Origin: Eledone cirrhosa
Lineage: Eukaryota
Reading direction: 5' to 3'
DNA: 64,000 nucleotides
Assembly: GCA_964016885.1 (NCBI GenBank)
Contig: OZ024740.1
Span: 343,418,001 to 343,482,000 of the forward strand
A model generated the notes under the pieces. It worked only from the letters and a program-made list of their open reading frames with translations. It was not told the DNA's origin and searched no databases. Below, one piece after another: positions 22,396 through 37,330 of this stretch (its first letter is position 1; each line of letters starts with the position of its first letter). Made by a program: the position numbers and the translations under genes.

Positions 22396-25300
22396 ATAGA
22401 TCAATTGAGAGTTGGCTGTTTGAACGCGCGTGGCCTGGGCTCAGCTTGGAAGCAAGCAAAGCTACTAAGTGACCTCAGGTCACGAAGTATAGATGTGATG
22501 GTTGTTTGCGAGAGTCGGATCAGCAGCGTGCGACAACTGGCTCCCGCCTTCGATGACTTTGAGATGCACGCATCTCTCTGTCAACCCGGAGGCGGGGGGG
22601 GGGGGGAGTTGCCGTACTGCTGGATAAACGTCTGGCTCTCGACGTACAGATTGTTCACTCGGACCCGGGAGGTCGAATACTGGTGCTGGACGTCGGAGGC
22701 GGTGAAGGCGGGGCTTTCAGACTGGTCGGTCTTTATGCCCCCTTCGGGGCTGAAAGAGCCGACTTCTTCCAGCGTCTGGAGACTTTTCTAGGAACGTCGC
22801 GTTCCCTGCTTTTAGTGGGGGACTGGAATGGAATCCTAGATGCGCGTTGGGACTATGCAGGGGCATGTCCCGATAGAGGGGGGTGTAGCAGCCTCAAGGG
22901 GTTACTCGATCGATTCGACCTGGTCGATAGATTTCGACTAGATTGTCCAACTGCGCCAACCTGGACCTGGGCAAACCGCAGTGGACAATCTAGATCGTAC
23001 CTAGATAGGTTTTTGGTTAGGAGTAAGGATAGGGACGTATTTAGTTGTCCAGAATTGATCATGGTTGGCTATTCAGATCACAAATTAGTGACCTGCGTGG
23101 TCAACCTTGATAGAACGCATAGACAGGGTCCCGGTTACTGGAAGATGAACTTGTCCTTGCCGGCAAAGAAAGATTACAGGAACCGGATTAGTAGCTTAGT
23201 TAAGATGCGGTTGACGGGAGCGATTGTCAACAGTAGGTGGTGGGTATCTCTAAAGAGAGAGATTAGAGTAAGTTCGATAGGTTACAGTAAGGAACTAGCG
23301 GCGAATAGAAATAGGAAGGAAAGGGAGTTAACAGATAAACTAGAAGAGGCGATTAGGAGCGGAGACGTAGCCAGAGTGTTAGCGGCGAGAACGGCGTTGA
23401 GCCAGTTCTTTGATGCGAAGCACGAAGGCTGCGTTGTCCGAAGTAAAATACGTGCTTTAGGAAACGAGGGGACCAAAGCTGTTAGCTGGGCCCGCGTGAC
23501 AGTAGCCAAGAGTGGGATTAAATTCACCATTCGGTCTTTGCGAGACCAGGATGGACGGGTGATCCTTGAACCTGAGCGGATGTGCGAGGCCTTTCAAAGG
23601 CACTTTGCTCGACTGTTCGGAGGGGGCGGGGGGCCGGACGGGGATGTGGACTTCGGTCCATACCTCGACGGTCTACCGCGTCTTTCGAGCGGCGAAGCGG
23701 AGTGCTGCGAAAGGCCAGTCACAGCCACTGAAATCGGGGAAGCGCTCAGCCAATGCAGCAGACGCAAATCTCCGGGTCTCGATGGTCTACCATACGAACT
23801 TTATTTAGCTATGCCGGTCTTGTTCTCCGAACTCCTCGAGGCTGTCTATTGCAACTGGCAACAGAACGGGAGAATTCCCTGTTCTGTGACCAAGGGCGTG
23901 GTCACGCTAGTGAGGAAGGACGAGAGCAAGGGGGACGACTTAAGTAACTTTAGACCCATAACTCTGCTGAATGCAGAGTTACAGATTTTGGCCAAGGTGT
24001 TGGCGAAGAGGTTGGCGCTTGTGGTGGGTGGTTTGGTGGGAGACGCGCAGACATGCGCTATCCCGTCCAGGTCCATTGACGACAACCTCCACCTCATGCG
24101 ATACATCATAGAGAGGGATGGCAACGAACCCGGCTTTGGTGGGGCCCTGATCAACTTGGATCAATCTAAGGCGTTCGATAGGGTCGACCATGGTTACCTG
24201 GATGCGGTGCTAGCGGCGGCGGGCTTCGGACCCGTTTTTAGGGGCTGGATTTCTGCCATGCACAGTGGCAACATCTACTCTAGGATTAAAGTAAACGGCT
24301 ACCTCTCGGAGCCGTTTCAAATCACCCGGTCCATCAGACAGGGGCGCCCCCTCTCCTCCCTTCTGTACGTATTGACTCTCGAGCCACTGCTGCGGAAGTT
24401 GGAGTTGCTGCGGGGCATACCCCTGGAACCGGGATTGCACAAAGCGGTCTCGGCCTATGCCGACGACGTAACAGTAATGGTGGCGGACGCCTCGGAAATC
24501 GGGGCGATCGCCACCCTACTGGAGGAATACGAAAGGCTGACGGGGGCTAGGCTGAACCGGGACAAGTCAGTCGGTTTGCAACTCGGAACGTGGAGGGGCA
24601 AACCGATGCCGTTAGACGGTGTCGTCGGGCGGTGGACGGAGGGCCCGGTGAAGCTGCTCGGGGTCTGGTTCGGACCGGACCTCCAGGTGGAGAAGAATTG
24701 GGGCGAGGTGACGAGCAGGGTGTTTGCGCTGACCCAGAAGTGGGCCAAGTGCAAACTATCACTGAAAGATCGGGCGGAGGTGACGAACGCTTACATAGCG
24801 TCCGTCATCTGCTACCGCCTGACCGTCGTGCCTTGCCCCAAGGAAAAGATCACCATCATGGAACGCATGCTCTTCCAGTTCCTCTGGAAGAAGCGGCCTC
24901 CCATGGTGAGGAGATCCATCTGCTGCCAGCACCCTTCGAAAGGAGGGCTGGGTATGCCGTGGCTGTTGATGCGTAGGCACGCATTGAGGCTACGGCATCT
25001 ACAGGTATTCCTCACCGGTCAGCCGGTGTGGGCCCCGTTTGTGAGGCGAGCCTTCCCACAGCTCGTCTCGCTCACCGAGCTGCAATCCTGGGTGAAGCAA
25101 AGACCGAGAAAACTGGGCAACTGGCACACCGAGTGTGCCCAGGCGCTCACGGCTATCTGGCAAGCGGACCCGACTGTCAGTGGAGAATCCACCTCGACAT
25201 TCTATAGAGGGCTGGTGGCTAGCAGGGGCGACGACACCCTTGGAGAGTCGCTAGGCATGGAGGAGGACGAACTGGCCTGTTCGGTAGAACTTTCGGCCTG

Positions 25301-25834
25301 GGACCCATGGACAACTTCCAGAGGTCCCTAGCCTGGCAGTGTTACCGGGGGGCTCTGCCCCTTCGAGAAAAGCTCTACTGAGACGGGCGCCCGGGCAGGG
25401 ATCCAGCGAAAAAGATCTGTCCCAGATGCGTGCGCGACGAGGAAACCGTTGCGCATGCACTGGTACACTGCCCGGGCGTTGCCGATCTGTGGGGCTACGT
25501 CGAACGACTGCTGTCGCGTGTGGCGCCGATTCGATTAACCGCCGAGTCTGTGGTGAGCATCAAGCCGCCGCCTCCCTTCAGAAACGAAGCAGAGGCGGTC
25601 TTTCTGTGCGTAATAGCCATGATGAAAGAGGTTGTGTGGTGGACGCGCCTGAAAGGTCTGAGGTCGGGTGACTTTCTCTCCGGCCATCACCTGGTTTACT
25701 TCTTCCGATACCACGTCGGAAGAAGGATCAGGATGGAGAGAGAAGTGCTTGGCCCCAGACAGTTTTATGAAAGGTGGGTGAAAGAAGCGAGAATGGCTCG
25801 TGTAAATGGGCCTTCTCTCTACATTGTTCTGTAG
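22396..25834 (+). pseudogene. Copy 3 ORF2 with ATA in place of the start codon, frameshifts and a stop
   Basis: (I)DQLRVGCLN from 22396; poly-G frameshift near 22600; ORFs 22683..25331 and 25430..25834 carry RT and C-terminal motifs. Confidence 0.92.
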
Positions 25835-26424
25835 GAGAAGAAGTGAAGAGGAAAGAGGGAGCGCCTCCTCTCTGGGCTTCCGCCGCGAAAAGGGTTGCAC
25901 ACTTTTCGGGGGTATGTGCAATCCCGAACACGCCCCCTCCCTTTTGAGGACTTTTTATTATTATATTATTATTGTTATTCCTTTTTCTTTACTCGATTTA
26001 TGTAAACTCCCCCACTGTGTATTTGTCCCCTTCTTTTGTGCCCTCGTGGCAAATAAATAGAAATTTATCTATCTATCTATCTATCTATCTGTCTATCAAT
26101 CTGTCCGTCTGTCTATCAATCTATCTCCATGTTTATATTTATATCTGAATTCCCTAGCTCTTACTTTCTAGTCTTCGTTCACTTTCGTGCATTTCATTCA
26201 ATTTGATTATAAACACCCTTAGTATATTTAATTATATGTTAGTAATTATTTACAGACTTTTTTCAGTACCATTTCCTATAAACAATCGACAAAATTCGTT
26301 TTGGAAGATTGCCAATGTCATACCTATATATGTATATAACTTCATATTTTACTGACACTATCAATCTGTCATTTGCCCACGTCTTATATTTACATTTACA
26401 CAAACACTTATATATAAGTATACA

Positions 26425-26552
<128 letters not shown>

Positions 26553-26641
26553 AATATATATATATATATATATATATACAAATATATATATATACAAATA
26601 TATATATATATATATATATACAAATATATATATATATATAT

Positions 26642-26717
<76 letters not shown>

Positions 26718-26828
26718 GTATATATATATATATATATATATAAACATATGTATATATATATACATATGTATATATATATACATAAGTATATATATACATG
26801 TATATATACATATGTATTTATATACATA

Positions 26829-26960
<132 letters not shown>

Positions 26961-27108
26961 GTATATATATATATACATATGTATATACATATGTATATAC
27001 ATATATTTATACATATGTATATATACATTTGTATATATATATACATATGTATATATATATATACATATATATATATATACATATATACATATATATATAT
27101 ATTTATAC

Positions 27109-27159
27109 AGTTTCAGAAGATCCCGTTAAGGGTGAAAGCAGCGATTCTTTGCTTAAACT
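27109..27159 (+). ncRNA. Hammerhead-like motif with variant core CAGAAGA
   Basis: agttt-CAGAAGA-t-ccc(gttaa)ggg-t-GAAA-gca(9 nt)tgc-TT-aaact; identical copy on minus at 35768-35818. Confidence 0.6.
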
Positions 27160-27331
27160 TTAATCTGTTATTTTAATAAATATATATATAGATATGTATA
27201 TATATATATATATATATACATATGTATATATATATATATACATACATATGTAGATATGTAGATATATATGTATGTATGTATATATACATATGTATATATA
27301 TATACATATGTATATATATATATATACATAC

Positions 27332-27781
<450 letters not shown>

Positions 27782-27897
27782 CTATATATAAATATACATA
27801 TACATATACATATACATAAATATGTATATATATATATATATATACACACATATATATATATATATACACATATATATATATATATATATACACATAG

Positions 27898-27961
<64 letters not shown>

Positions 27962-27989
27962 ACATATACATATGTATACATATGTATAC

Positions 27990-28041
<52 letters not shown>

Positions 28042-28112
28042 ATATATATACATATGTGTATATATATATACATATGATTATATAGATATATGTGTATATA
28101 TATATATATATG

Positions 28113-28171
<59 letters not shown>

Positions 28172-28816
28172 AGTTGGGTAGAAAGAATGCAAGTTTGTAT
28201 AGAAATATCTATATATGAATTCTTGATTATATGTATAAAATAAACAATGATATTTTTTCTGCTGCGTCATTTATTTTATATTATAGTGTGTTGTTATTAT
28301 TTTATAATATATATTTTGGCAATTTTAATATTTTAGGCCAGTAGACCTTATTTTTTTATGCCTTTTACGTTTTGCCTTGTTTGGATTTCTTTTAACGACT
28401 TCTATTCTCTCACTTAAGCTATCTTAATTGAATTCGTTTTGCTATCATCTTATGGTTAAGTCGTAAAAACGTGTGCCACCTTTTTATTATTTCTGTAAAT
28501 CACGCAAAAACTAGGCATAAATGCAATAAATTTTGGTAGAGATCAATACTCCGCATCATAAATATAACCCACTTCAATAAGTAAAAAGGAAACAATACAA
28601 AACAAAACATAAAAACAAAAAACAAGCAAATGTCTGGCAGGCTATGCAAGATTACGAGTGTAAAAAATTTTTCGTCGCAAATTAAGCGAGTTAATAAAGT
28701 GCTAAAAAAATCTGAAAGGTTATTAAATATCTACTACGCACACACGCATGTATATATGTTTGTATATATATATAATACTTATCTATATACATATATTTAT
28801 CTATATATAGATGTAT

Positions 28817-28884
<68 letters not shown>

Positions 28885-28925
28885 CGAGAGAGAGAGATAC
28901 GTATACAGTATATACACACACACAT

Positions 28926-28956
<31 letters not shown>

Positions 28957-29408
28957 ATATACAACTTATTCACAACAACGCCAATATACAGAAATATACA
29001 CAAACATTTTTTTTATTCTTCAAATTCCTGCAATAAAGAACGAACCATTTTCTATGCAACAAACAAAGATCATAGTTGGTGTACGGACACCAACAACAGT
29101 GAAATAATGCTGTGCGGAATGAAAAACTATTGGAAAACTTAAGAACTCTCTTTACAGCTCTTATGTATATATCTATATGTATATGTTTATACATATGCAT
29201 ATATAAGTATAGATAAGTGTATATCTATAGGAAATGTCCGTTAGCACAGGGCGCATTGTTTTTTCGTCTTTTTCATTTGAAAGGAATATATTTATCATGA
29301 AATATTATGATGAAATTTATTGGGTAAAAGATATTTGTTTTGTTTGTCATCCTTTACGCAGATACCCTCTTTATATATTTGTATGCGCATTGTGCCTCCA
29401 TTATTCAA

Positions 29409-29504
29409 GGTAGGGGAAAGTCGATAAAATTGACCCCAGTGCATTACTGGGGCTTTATTTTATCGACTCCGTAAGGATGAAAGGCAAGCTAACCTCGGTG
29501 GGTT
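29409..29504 (-). mobile_element. Family A SINE fragment
   Basis: gaccccagtgcattactggg..ttttatcgac..cgtaaggatgaaaggcaa. Confidence 0.8.
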
Positions 29505-29967
29505 ATTACAATAATATATTTTCGCCTTAGAATAAATTCACGATTTTTCATATCATACTTGTATGGGGTGTGTATTACATTACTACCTTTTAAATTCCGT
29601 ATATGCTGTTTTAGTAGAAGGAACCACAGTACATGAACACATTAATTTCTCCTAAACAAAACGACACATGTATCAAGGTAGATAAATAAAAAAACACACA
29701 TTATATATATGTTTTTATCGTAGACATGAATCCATGATTGTAATAGAAATGTTTATATATAATCGTATATGTAATAGGAATATTTATATAGAAGTATACA
29801 CACCACGCCTACATCAGCAGCTAATATCGTTATTGTTTCTTTTATACATTTTGGACTTGATATAATATTCTATAACCCCAAAATTTACCGTGATCATCAG
29901 ACAATTAAAAAGAAAATCATCTGGCTGTGTAAAATCTATGCTATCAACATTCTTGATTAAACCATAA

Positions 29968-30090
29968 TGGGCCAGCAATTTGAAGGGGAGGGGGAAAGTC
30001 GATAATATCGACCCCAGTGCATTACTAGGGCTTTATTTATCGACCCCGTAAGGGTGAAAGGTAAAGCTAACCTCACTGGGATTTGAACTA
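29968..30090 (-). mobile_element. Family A SINE fragment
   Basis: ggccagcaattt..gaccccagtgc..gggatttgaact. Confidence 0.8.
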
Positions 30091-30656
30091 AACGATAGAA
30101 ATAATTATTTCCTTGATATAACGAGAATATTTCCTTGCACAAAGGGTTCAAAAAAATAAAATGAAGTTATGAAAATAACATCAGAATACACACACATATT
30201 CTTTGTAACCTTCTCTATGAAAAATGTGTATATAAAATAAAATATATACACTTTGCTTTCTGTAGGTGACAGAGTGAACGCTATTGGTTTTCGTACAGGT
30301 TGGCGTTGCCTTAAATATGCCTGAAATATGTCCTGGAATCTCTGAAGTTAATTATTGATATAAATCTCATTATGAGAGCAAGTTTCTTTTGGTAATATTC
30401 TCCGTAACGACAACATAAGAATTGGCACCTACAAAACACTCATTGGGTTCTGCTAAAGTCGGAAAATGTTAAAAGTTTTAATCACTGATTTTTGCACGCT
30501 GAAGATTCATTAACGAGGAAACAAAAAATTGGTCAAAGTCATATGCTTTTTACAATATATTAAATAAAGAATTATTCTCTTGCATTGAGATATTTACTTT
30601 GCTACGTAAAAATATATCTAATAATCGACATAATATGAGCGGTAATTACACACACT

Positions 30657-30732
<76 letters not shown>

Positions 30733-32404
30733 CACATACACACACACACATACACACACATACACACACATACACACACACAAGCACACGCAAACACAAT
30801 CACATCATATAGATAGATAGACAGGTATATAGATTGATAGATAGATATTTGTTTTAATACTTTAAAACATGTCTTTTTTTTACGCGTTTTGTTTATTTTT
30901 CCTTCTGAGTCAAACGACCACTTCAATTAAATTAACGTTGACAGCTAAAGACCTTAATGATGATGAGAACGATGATAATGGCGACAGATGATAACGATAA
31001 TGTGTGATGATAGTGGGCTTGATGATTTTGACAGCTGTGAAAGCTTGTTAATGATGGTGGTGGATGTGATGTTATTACTAGTGTAGGATGTAGTCATATC
31101 CGAGGTGGGTATGGTGGTGCTTATAATAGATTGTTTGTGCACAGTTTGTTTATGTTGATGATGATGGGGATGGATAGGTTATAGAATGACAATGGGTTAA
31201 CAGTTGTGGTATTTGATGTAGTCTTAGTAAATTTTTCTGTTGCCATTGTACGTTTTTGCTATTGATGTTGTTGTCGCTGTTGTTATTGTTGTTGGTGTTT
31301 AGCCACAGGGCAGCACTGCTCGAGCTGCCCTGTGATCAAAGGTTTTCCAGCCATGATATCGCGTCTTTTTCAAGACATTATCACATTATCTATATGTGTT
31401 CCTCATTTAACGACAATATGGTGTGATTTGACAATATCTGGCTGCTATTTCTAGTAGCATGAGAGACTCTGTAGAGGTTGATATTCCTGTAAATGAAGAT
31501 GGTGGTCGTGATGAGGAGGATGTGGTAGAGGAGGAGGAAGAGGAAGAGAATGAAAAGGAGAATGATAAGAATGATGATGATGGAATTAGTCGTGGTATTG
31601 GTAGAGATGCTACTGCTGATGATGATGATAATGAAGTTGATGATAATGATGATAATCGTGATGATGTTTATGACGATGCTGGGGAAGTTAGTGTGGTGAT
31701 GGCGATGGTAACGCTGGTGGCGGTGGCTTTGGTGTATTATTAATGGTAATGACAGTTACGATTGTAAAGATTATGGTGCCAACAGACAAACACGAGGGAG
31801 GTTATCAAGACCTTATGTGTTTGCCACCCACCTTTGAGATAAAATATACTAATTGTTTAAAGAGCTGCTTGGCTTTTGACTAGAATCTTTCCCATCAATT
31901 TCATTTATTTATTTTATTATTTCATTATTTATTTATTTATTTTATATCGTAATTTGTGAACAGTAGAATCAATGGTAACAGGCTCGTAACCGAACACTTC
32001 TGATTGATATTGAAAAAGGGAAACCTAAAGCGCTGCAGAAAAAATATCACAAGGGAGAGAAAGTGACACGTGCACCAGTCTTCTTAGTGTATATGCTGAT
32101 GTGAACAACGGAGTAAAACACACACACATACATATTTACAGTTACATACATATACACACATTTACATATTTACATTTACATACATACATAAACACACATT
32201 TACATAAATGCACACACACACACACACATATATATTTATATATATCAAATTTAATATAGAAATGGCTTCTATAAAACTAGAACTGTTCCATTCGAAGGAT
32301 ATCATCACATCTGATGTTTACACTCTATTAATGTATTGAGTATCTCACTTACTGTGGTTACCCCGATTTAACCCGGGATTCATATGTATATATATATATG
32401 TGTG

Positions 32405-32483
<79 letters not shown>

Positions 32484-33259
32484 TATTTCTATATAATTAT
32501 AACGATGTTTAAGTGTAGATATGTATGTATATATATGTGATATGTGACAGAATAAAATCTTCTTATCACCTTGGCTAAAGCTAAAACTCACGCTGCCCCT
32601 TCCAGCAGTCACCTCTTTGAACGAATTTATAAACTCATATCTTCCTCTGCTTGTTAGTCCAACAAGATATGAAATACAAATTGTGAAACAGACGGAGATA
32701 GATATATAAAACGACGGTAAATATATCTATTGTACTTACAAATTAAATAAAATAAACCGAAAGTAAATAAACCGAAAGTAAAAATTTAATGGAGGAAGTA
32801 AAACCACGGACAAATGGGCATTGGTAGATAGTAAGATTGTAGGTATATCTGTAGGAAAGGAGCATGGGTATACGACATTTCTTCTTCCAGAGAAAATGTG
32901 AAAGAGAAAGTGAGAAAGCTGAAGCGAAGAATCGGTCACCAGTACTGGTACATTATTTATCGACATGCGAGTCAAAGATGGCCTCAGTGCAGAGAGAGTG
33001 GAGCGTTGAAGTACAGAAATAGCTATAAATGGGCCAGAGCACACATCTGAGCTGCAGGTACTTACTCAGTACGAATAGCATATTTCATAATTTAAATAAG
33101 TAAATGGCGTATAGCTAATTCTTAAATAAGAACATATGATTAAGTGAAAGTGAAAATAGTTAAAAAAAAGAAAAAATCATGCATGTATATGTTCCCAGAA
33201 AGCTTCAAATTGAGAGTAATATAGTTAAGCAAGGTTGTCTATCTTAGACCCAAAACTCT

Positions 33260-33874
33260 CACTTTGAAGGATATGATTTTGCAATCCACGAAGAGGAATA
33301 ACAACAAAATACCTGATGCACAAAAGCGATAGGGATTCAGGAAAAACACCTAGATGCGAAAACAGAGGCAGCTTCAGCAGAATAAACATCTAGAATTTCA
33401 CCCACATCATAAGCAGCTGTCCAAAGGTGTCATCACAATACCATCTACCTATGATCAAAACACTATACAATGCAATCTGTAGAAAGGATAGTCCTGAGAA
33501 TAAAATTATAAGTGATGTGGAGTGCATATACATACGTAATACGAATGAGTACTGGTTGAATGTTCCAGTTAAAAATTCAATAAAATGCGAACATAACAGA
33601 CCAGAAATATGGGACAGAAAAGTAGGCATGCAAAGTAGTGGGAATCAGCTGCCCAGTAGATGTCAATATAATACTAAAGATTATCGAAAAGGACAGCATT
33701 TATGCCGAACTAATGAGGAGTCTGCAGATACTCCAACATGACTATACCTTTAAATTTGGACTTCTGATTATTGAAAATCTTGAATATTTTCGTAATTGCT
33801 TCAATACATATCTTGAGGAGCTGGGCCTCACTAACCCAGAAAGGGCAGGGGTAATTAGGAAGCTGCTAGTATAG
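33260..33874 (+). pseudogene. 3' remnant of a restriction-like-endonuclease non-LTR element, R4/Dong-like
   Basis: GYDFAIHEEE, HIISSCP (zinc knuckle end), EYWLNVPV..KCEHNRPEIWD, GISCPVDVNI..K..EK..Y..L. Confidence 0.7.
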
Positions 33875-33932
33875 TCTATTAATGGAACTGTAAAACTTTT
33901 CAGATATTCAGCAAGTAAAAACTGTATATATA

Positions 33933-34185
33933 CAGTAAGTCCCCAACTTACGAACATCCTACTTACGAACTTCCGCAGATACGAACAGTCTCACGGGAAA
34001 AAAAAAAAAATTTTGTTGTTTTCCTCCGGGTTGGGTTCGTTTTTGTGGGCTCTTTCGGGACCTGCATGGGAATGGATACCATTCTGCATTCGTAGAATTG
34101 AAAAAGTACTTTTTTCTTTAAAGATTTATTGTCATTAGCTTTGCAGTATTTAAATTCCTTATTACATGTTATATATACCTCTATA

Positions 34186-34266
<81 letters not shown>

Positions 34267-34403
34267 TCATATGGAAACCTACAGTATAATATAACACATA
34301 TGGGTTTACTGGTACGTACTGTGTTAGACGATCCACTTACGAACAAATCAACTAATAAACGGCCTCTTGGAATGTAACTCATTCGTAAGTTGGGGACTTA
34401 CTG
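33933..34403. mobile_element. pogo/Tigger-like MITE
   Basis: Terminal inverted repeats cagtaagtccccaacttacgaa / ttcgtaagttggggacttactg, TA on both sides, internal repeats of ttacgaac. Confidence 0.9.
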
Positions 34404-35100
34404 TATATGTATAGATACAGAAACATATGCACGTGTACATATATAACTCAAAACATACAGATTCACAAGTGCAATAACATACATACCTGTACACACGTGC
34501 ACACAGACGAATAGAGACAAACATACGTATTTACTTAGTTGATATTTAAATTCCAATGAAAGAGTCTTGTTTTTATATTAGAAAACGTCTCTCTCTCTCT
34601 CTCTCTCTCGCTCTATCTATCTAGCTATCTCTCCCCCTCTCTCTGTCTCTCTATTAGTGAAGATTTATAAAATAATAAACCAGAAGAACATACATACATA
34701 CGTACGTACATGTCATGTATGACTCCTCTCACTAATCCATAAAAATGTTACGATTTTAAGTATATACACACATATATCCACATACCGGCATCATGCGTTT
34801 GTTTCTATGTGTGTGTATGTATGAGGTATGAGTGCGTATTTTTATTAGCTTATATCTATGTCTGGGCAGAGGCTTCCTGTTCTTGTTTATTTATTTTCAT
34901 TCTATTTAGTTTTTTAAATATATTATCTATATCACTACTTGTAATGGCATGCTTACTGTCCACGAATTCCACGCGACCAAACCAGTGAGATGAAGTTATT
35001 TAATTATTTATTTAATATAGGATTCTCAATACTTTAAAATACATACAAAAACAGGCACTCAAAAACATCCTCTTCTCTCTTTCCCCCCACTTCTCTCTCT

Positions 35101-35157
<57 letters not shown>

Positions 35158-35248
35158 AGGTGAGTTTTATTGTAGTACAATAAAGCAATGCAGATATCGG
35201 ATAAGAAGCACTCTACAGTTTGTAGGACTGGAGTATACATAATATATA

Positions 35249-35448
35249 AGAACAAAAGATGGTTAAAAGAGTTCCATGTATTTTATTATGCGCATTTCAA
35301 AAACAAATATCATCATGCAATAATATTTGTGTTTTCATCAGATAAAACAGGAAGACATGATATGAAAACACAAATATTATTGCATGATGATATTTGTTTT
35401 TGAAATGCGCATAATAAAATACATGGAACTCTTTTAACCATCTTTTGT

Positions 35449-35451
<3 letters not shown>
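35249..35451. repeat. Foldback with ~90-bp arms (35249-35338, 35362-35451)
   Basis: Arms are near-perfect reverse complements. Confidence 0.93.
35281..35347 (-). ncRNA. Type I minimal hammerhead ribozyme, canonical core
   Basis: Minus strand: ttttat-CTGATGA-long stem II-GAAA-tgcgca-TA-ataaaa; 6-bp stem I, palindromic stem III, AUA triplet. Confidence 0.85.
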
Positions 35452-35486
<35 letters not shown>

Positions 35487-35648
35487 TAAAGCTTTAAATA
35501 TATTATTAAAGCTAAATAGTGAGTTTTATTACTCTTGAGTCTCGCCTCCAGAGAAACAAGACTCACTATTCAACTTTGATAAAAGGAATATTAAAACTCC
35601 ACTTCGGTATTGAGTGCTTCCTTGTTTCAGACGTCGACCACATACAGC

Positions 35649-35751
<103 letters not shown>

Positions 35752-35767
35752 TAAAATAACAGATTAA

Positions 35768-35818
35768 AGTTTAAGCAAAGAATCGCTGCTTTCACCCTTA
35801 ACGGGATCTTCTGAAACT
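35768..35818 (-). ncRNA. Hammerhead-like motif with variant core CAGAAGA
   Basis: Reverse complement of 27109-27159. Confidence 0.6.
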
Positions 35819-36114
35819 AACAAAGTCAATCTGTAAACGCAGAACTGGATATTTCAAAAAACGTTGCAACCGGAGGAAGACAGGAAGACGATACTTTGGT
35901 TCGTGGTAACGTTCGCTGGCAAAGAACGGGAAAAAACGAATAATACGTCATTAATAGGAGCGGTGAAAAACAATTACGCGCAAAGACAAAACCACGTTTA
36001 TGGTATAAAAGAGGTCGTAGACTAATGTTCTCTTAGGTGGTGCATGGAGACGTTCTCTGGCAATGAACGAATAAACGAAGATAATAAGTCATATGTGGAG
36101 CATATATATATATA

Positions 36115-36435
36115 TATATTAATAAGAGGAATTCCAACTTTGTCTGATTTACTCGTTTTATTTACAATCCTTTAAAATTTATAATGGTATTATAATGAAA
36201 TAGTATGATAGAATATTAAATTCTAAGTGTTAATTGAACAAGTACTTTCATGCTTTCGCAATCTTCAGGTTCATAATATGTGGTGGCAGTCAAGTTTGCA
36301 ATTTTCAACTGTTCAATTAACACTTAGAATTTAATATTCTATCATGCTATTTCATTATAATACCATTATAAATTTTAAAGGATTGTAAATAAAACGAGTA
36401 AATCAGACAAAGTTGGAATTCCTCTTATTAATATA
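36115..36435. repeat. Foldback with ~125-bp arms (36115-36240, 36310-36435)
   Basis: Arms are near-perfect reverse complements; ribozyme motif lies in the spacer. Confidence 0.93.
36235..36273 (-). ncRNA. Type I minimal hammerhead ribozyme
   Basis: Minus strand: tgaac-CTGAAGA-t-tgc(gaaa)gca-t-GAAA-gtac-TT-gttca. Confidence 0.8.
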
Positions 36436-36503
36436 ATCTTCTATACACAATCATACACACCCGTGTATATTTATCTATCTATCTATCTCTCTCTATATAT
36501 ATA

Positions 36504-36760
36504 TCATCATCATCAGGTCGAGCTTGCTCGGCTTTCTACGACACGTTTCCTCCATCCATCTCTGTCTCTCATAGCGTTTGCCAGTTCTTCCGCAGTGCAT
36601 CCAGTATTGTCCTCAAGTTGCTTGACGTATGTCTTCTTGGGACGACCAGCGTTTCTTGCTCCATGAGATGGACTCTTAAAAATAGTTGAGCTAGTTGGGC
36701 ATGGAAGCATATAGTTTCAGATGCGATTATATGGGTGCCGGTCTTGCGAGAATCAGTCAC
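36504..36760 (-). mobile_element. RTE-clade LINE 3' fragment with (TGA)n tail
   Basis: PSHGARNAGRPKKTYVKQLEDNTG..AMRDRDGWRKRV C-terminus followed by tgatgatgatga. Confidence 0.8.
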
Positions 36761-36922
36761 TCAATAAATAAATATAGCCCCCCCCCCCTCCCCCACTCGA
36801 TGTATTGAGTACCTTACTTCAACTGGTTTTTCTGTTCCAAATGGGTTTAACAACAGCAATTATACACACACACACCCACAAATACACACACACACATATA
36901 TATATGTATATATGCATATATG

Positions 36923-36957
<35 letters not shown>

Positions 36958-36959
<2 letters not shown>

Positions 36960-37225
36960 CGAAGGAAATGTGGTAAGGAACCACATGGACCATAACGCAC
37001 CAAAGTACTCAATACTTAGGGTAGTAGAGTGGGTAATAGGAACAAGTATGACCCCGACGGCAGAGCTCAATCCGTTTCGACGGCTAATTCTGGGTAATTC
37101 GGTCCAGAATTAGCCGTCGAAACGGCTTGAAATCTGCCGTCGGGGTCCTGACTCATTCATATAACCATACTCTACTATCTCAAGTATCGAGTACTCTGGT
37201 GAGTAATGGTTAACCAGTTTCAAAC
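36958..37225. mobile_element. Family F foldback element, longest copy
   Basis: Inverted arms meet at ctggg-taattcggt-ccag near 37090-37108. Confidence 0.85.
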
Positions 37226-37234
37226 TGAATCCAT

Positions 37235-37330
<96 letters not shown>

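Larger units (their letters stand above)
20374..26063 (+). mobile_element. Tx1/L1-group retrotransposon, copy 3, full length and disrupted
   Basis: Begins after (TCTA)n, ends AATAAATAGAAA then TATC repeats to about 26126. Confidence 0.93.

Noticed and set aside
11310-25931. Recurrent antisense and alternate-frame ORFs inside the LINEs
   Set aside because: Shadows of GC-rich ORF2 that recur because the elements are homologous; no independent motifs.
31459-31743. Acidic ORF; also poly-Pro ORF at 42348 and poly-Thr ORF at 46290
   Set aside because: Trinucleotide repeats (GAT/GAG, CCT, ACT/ACC) with no other coding evidence.
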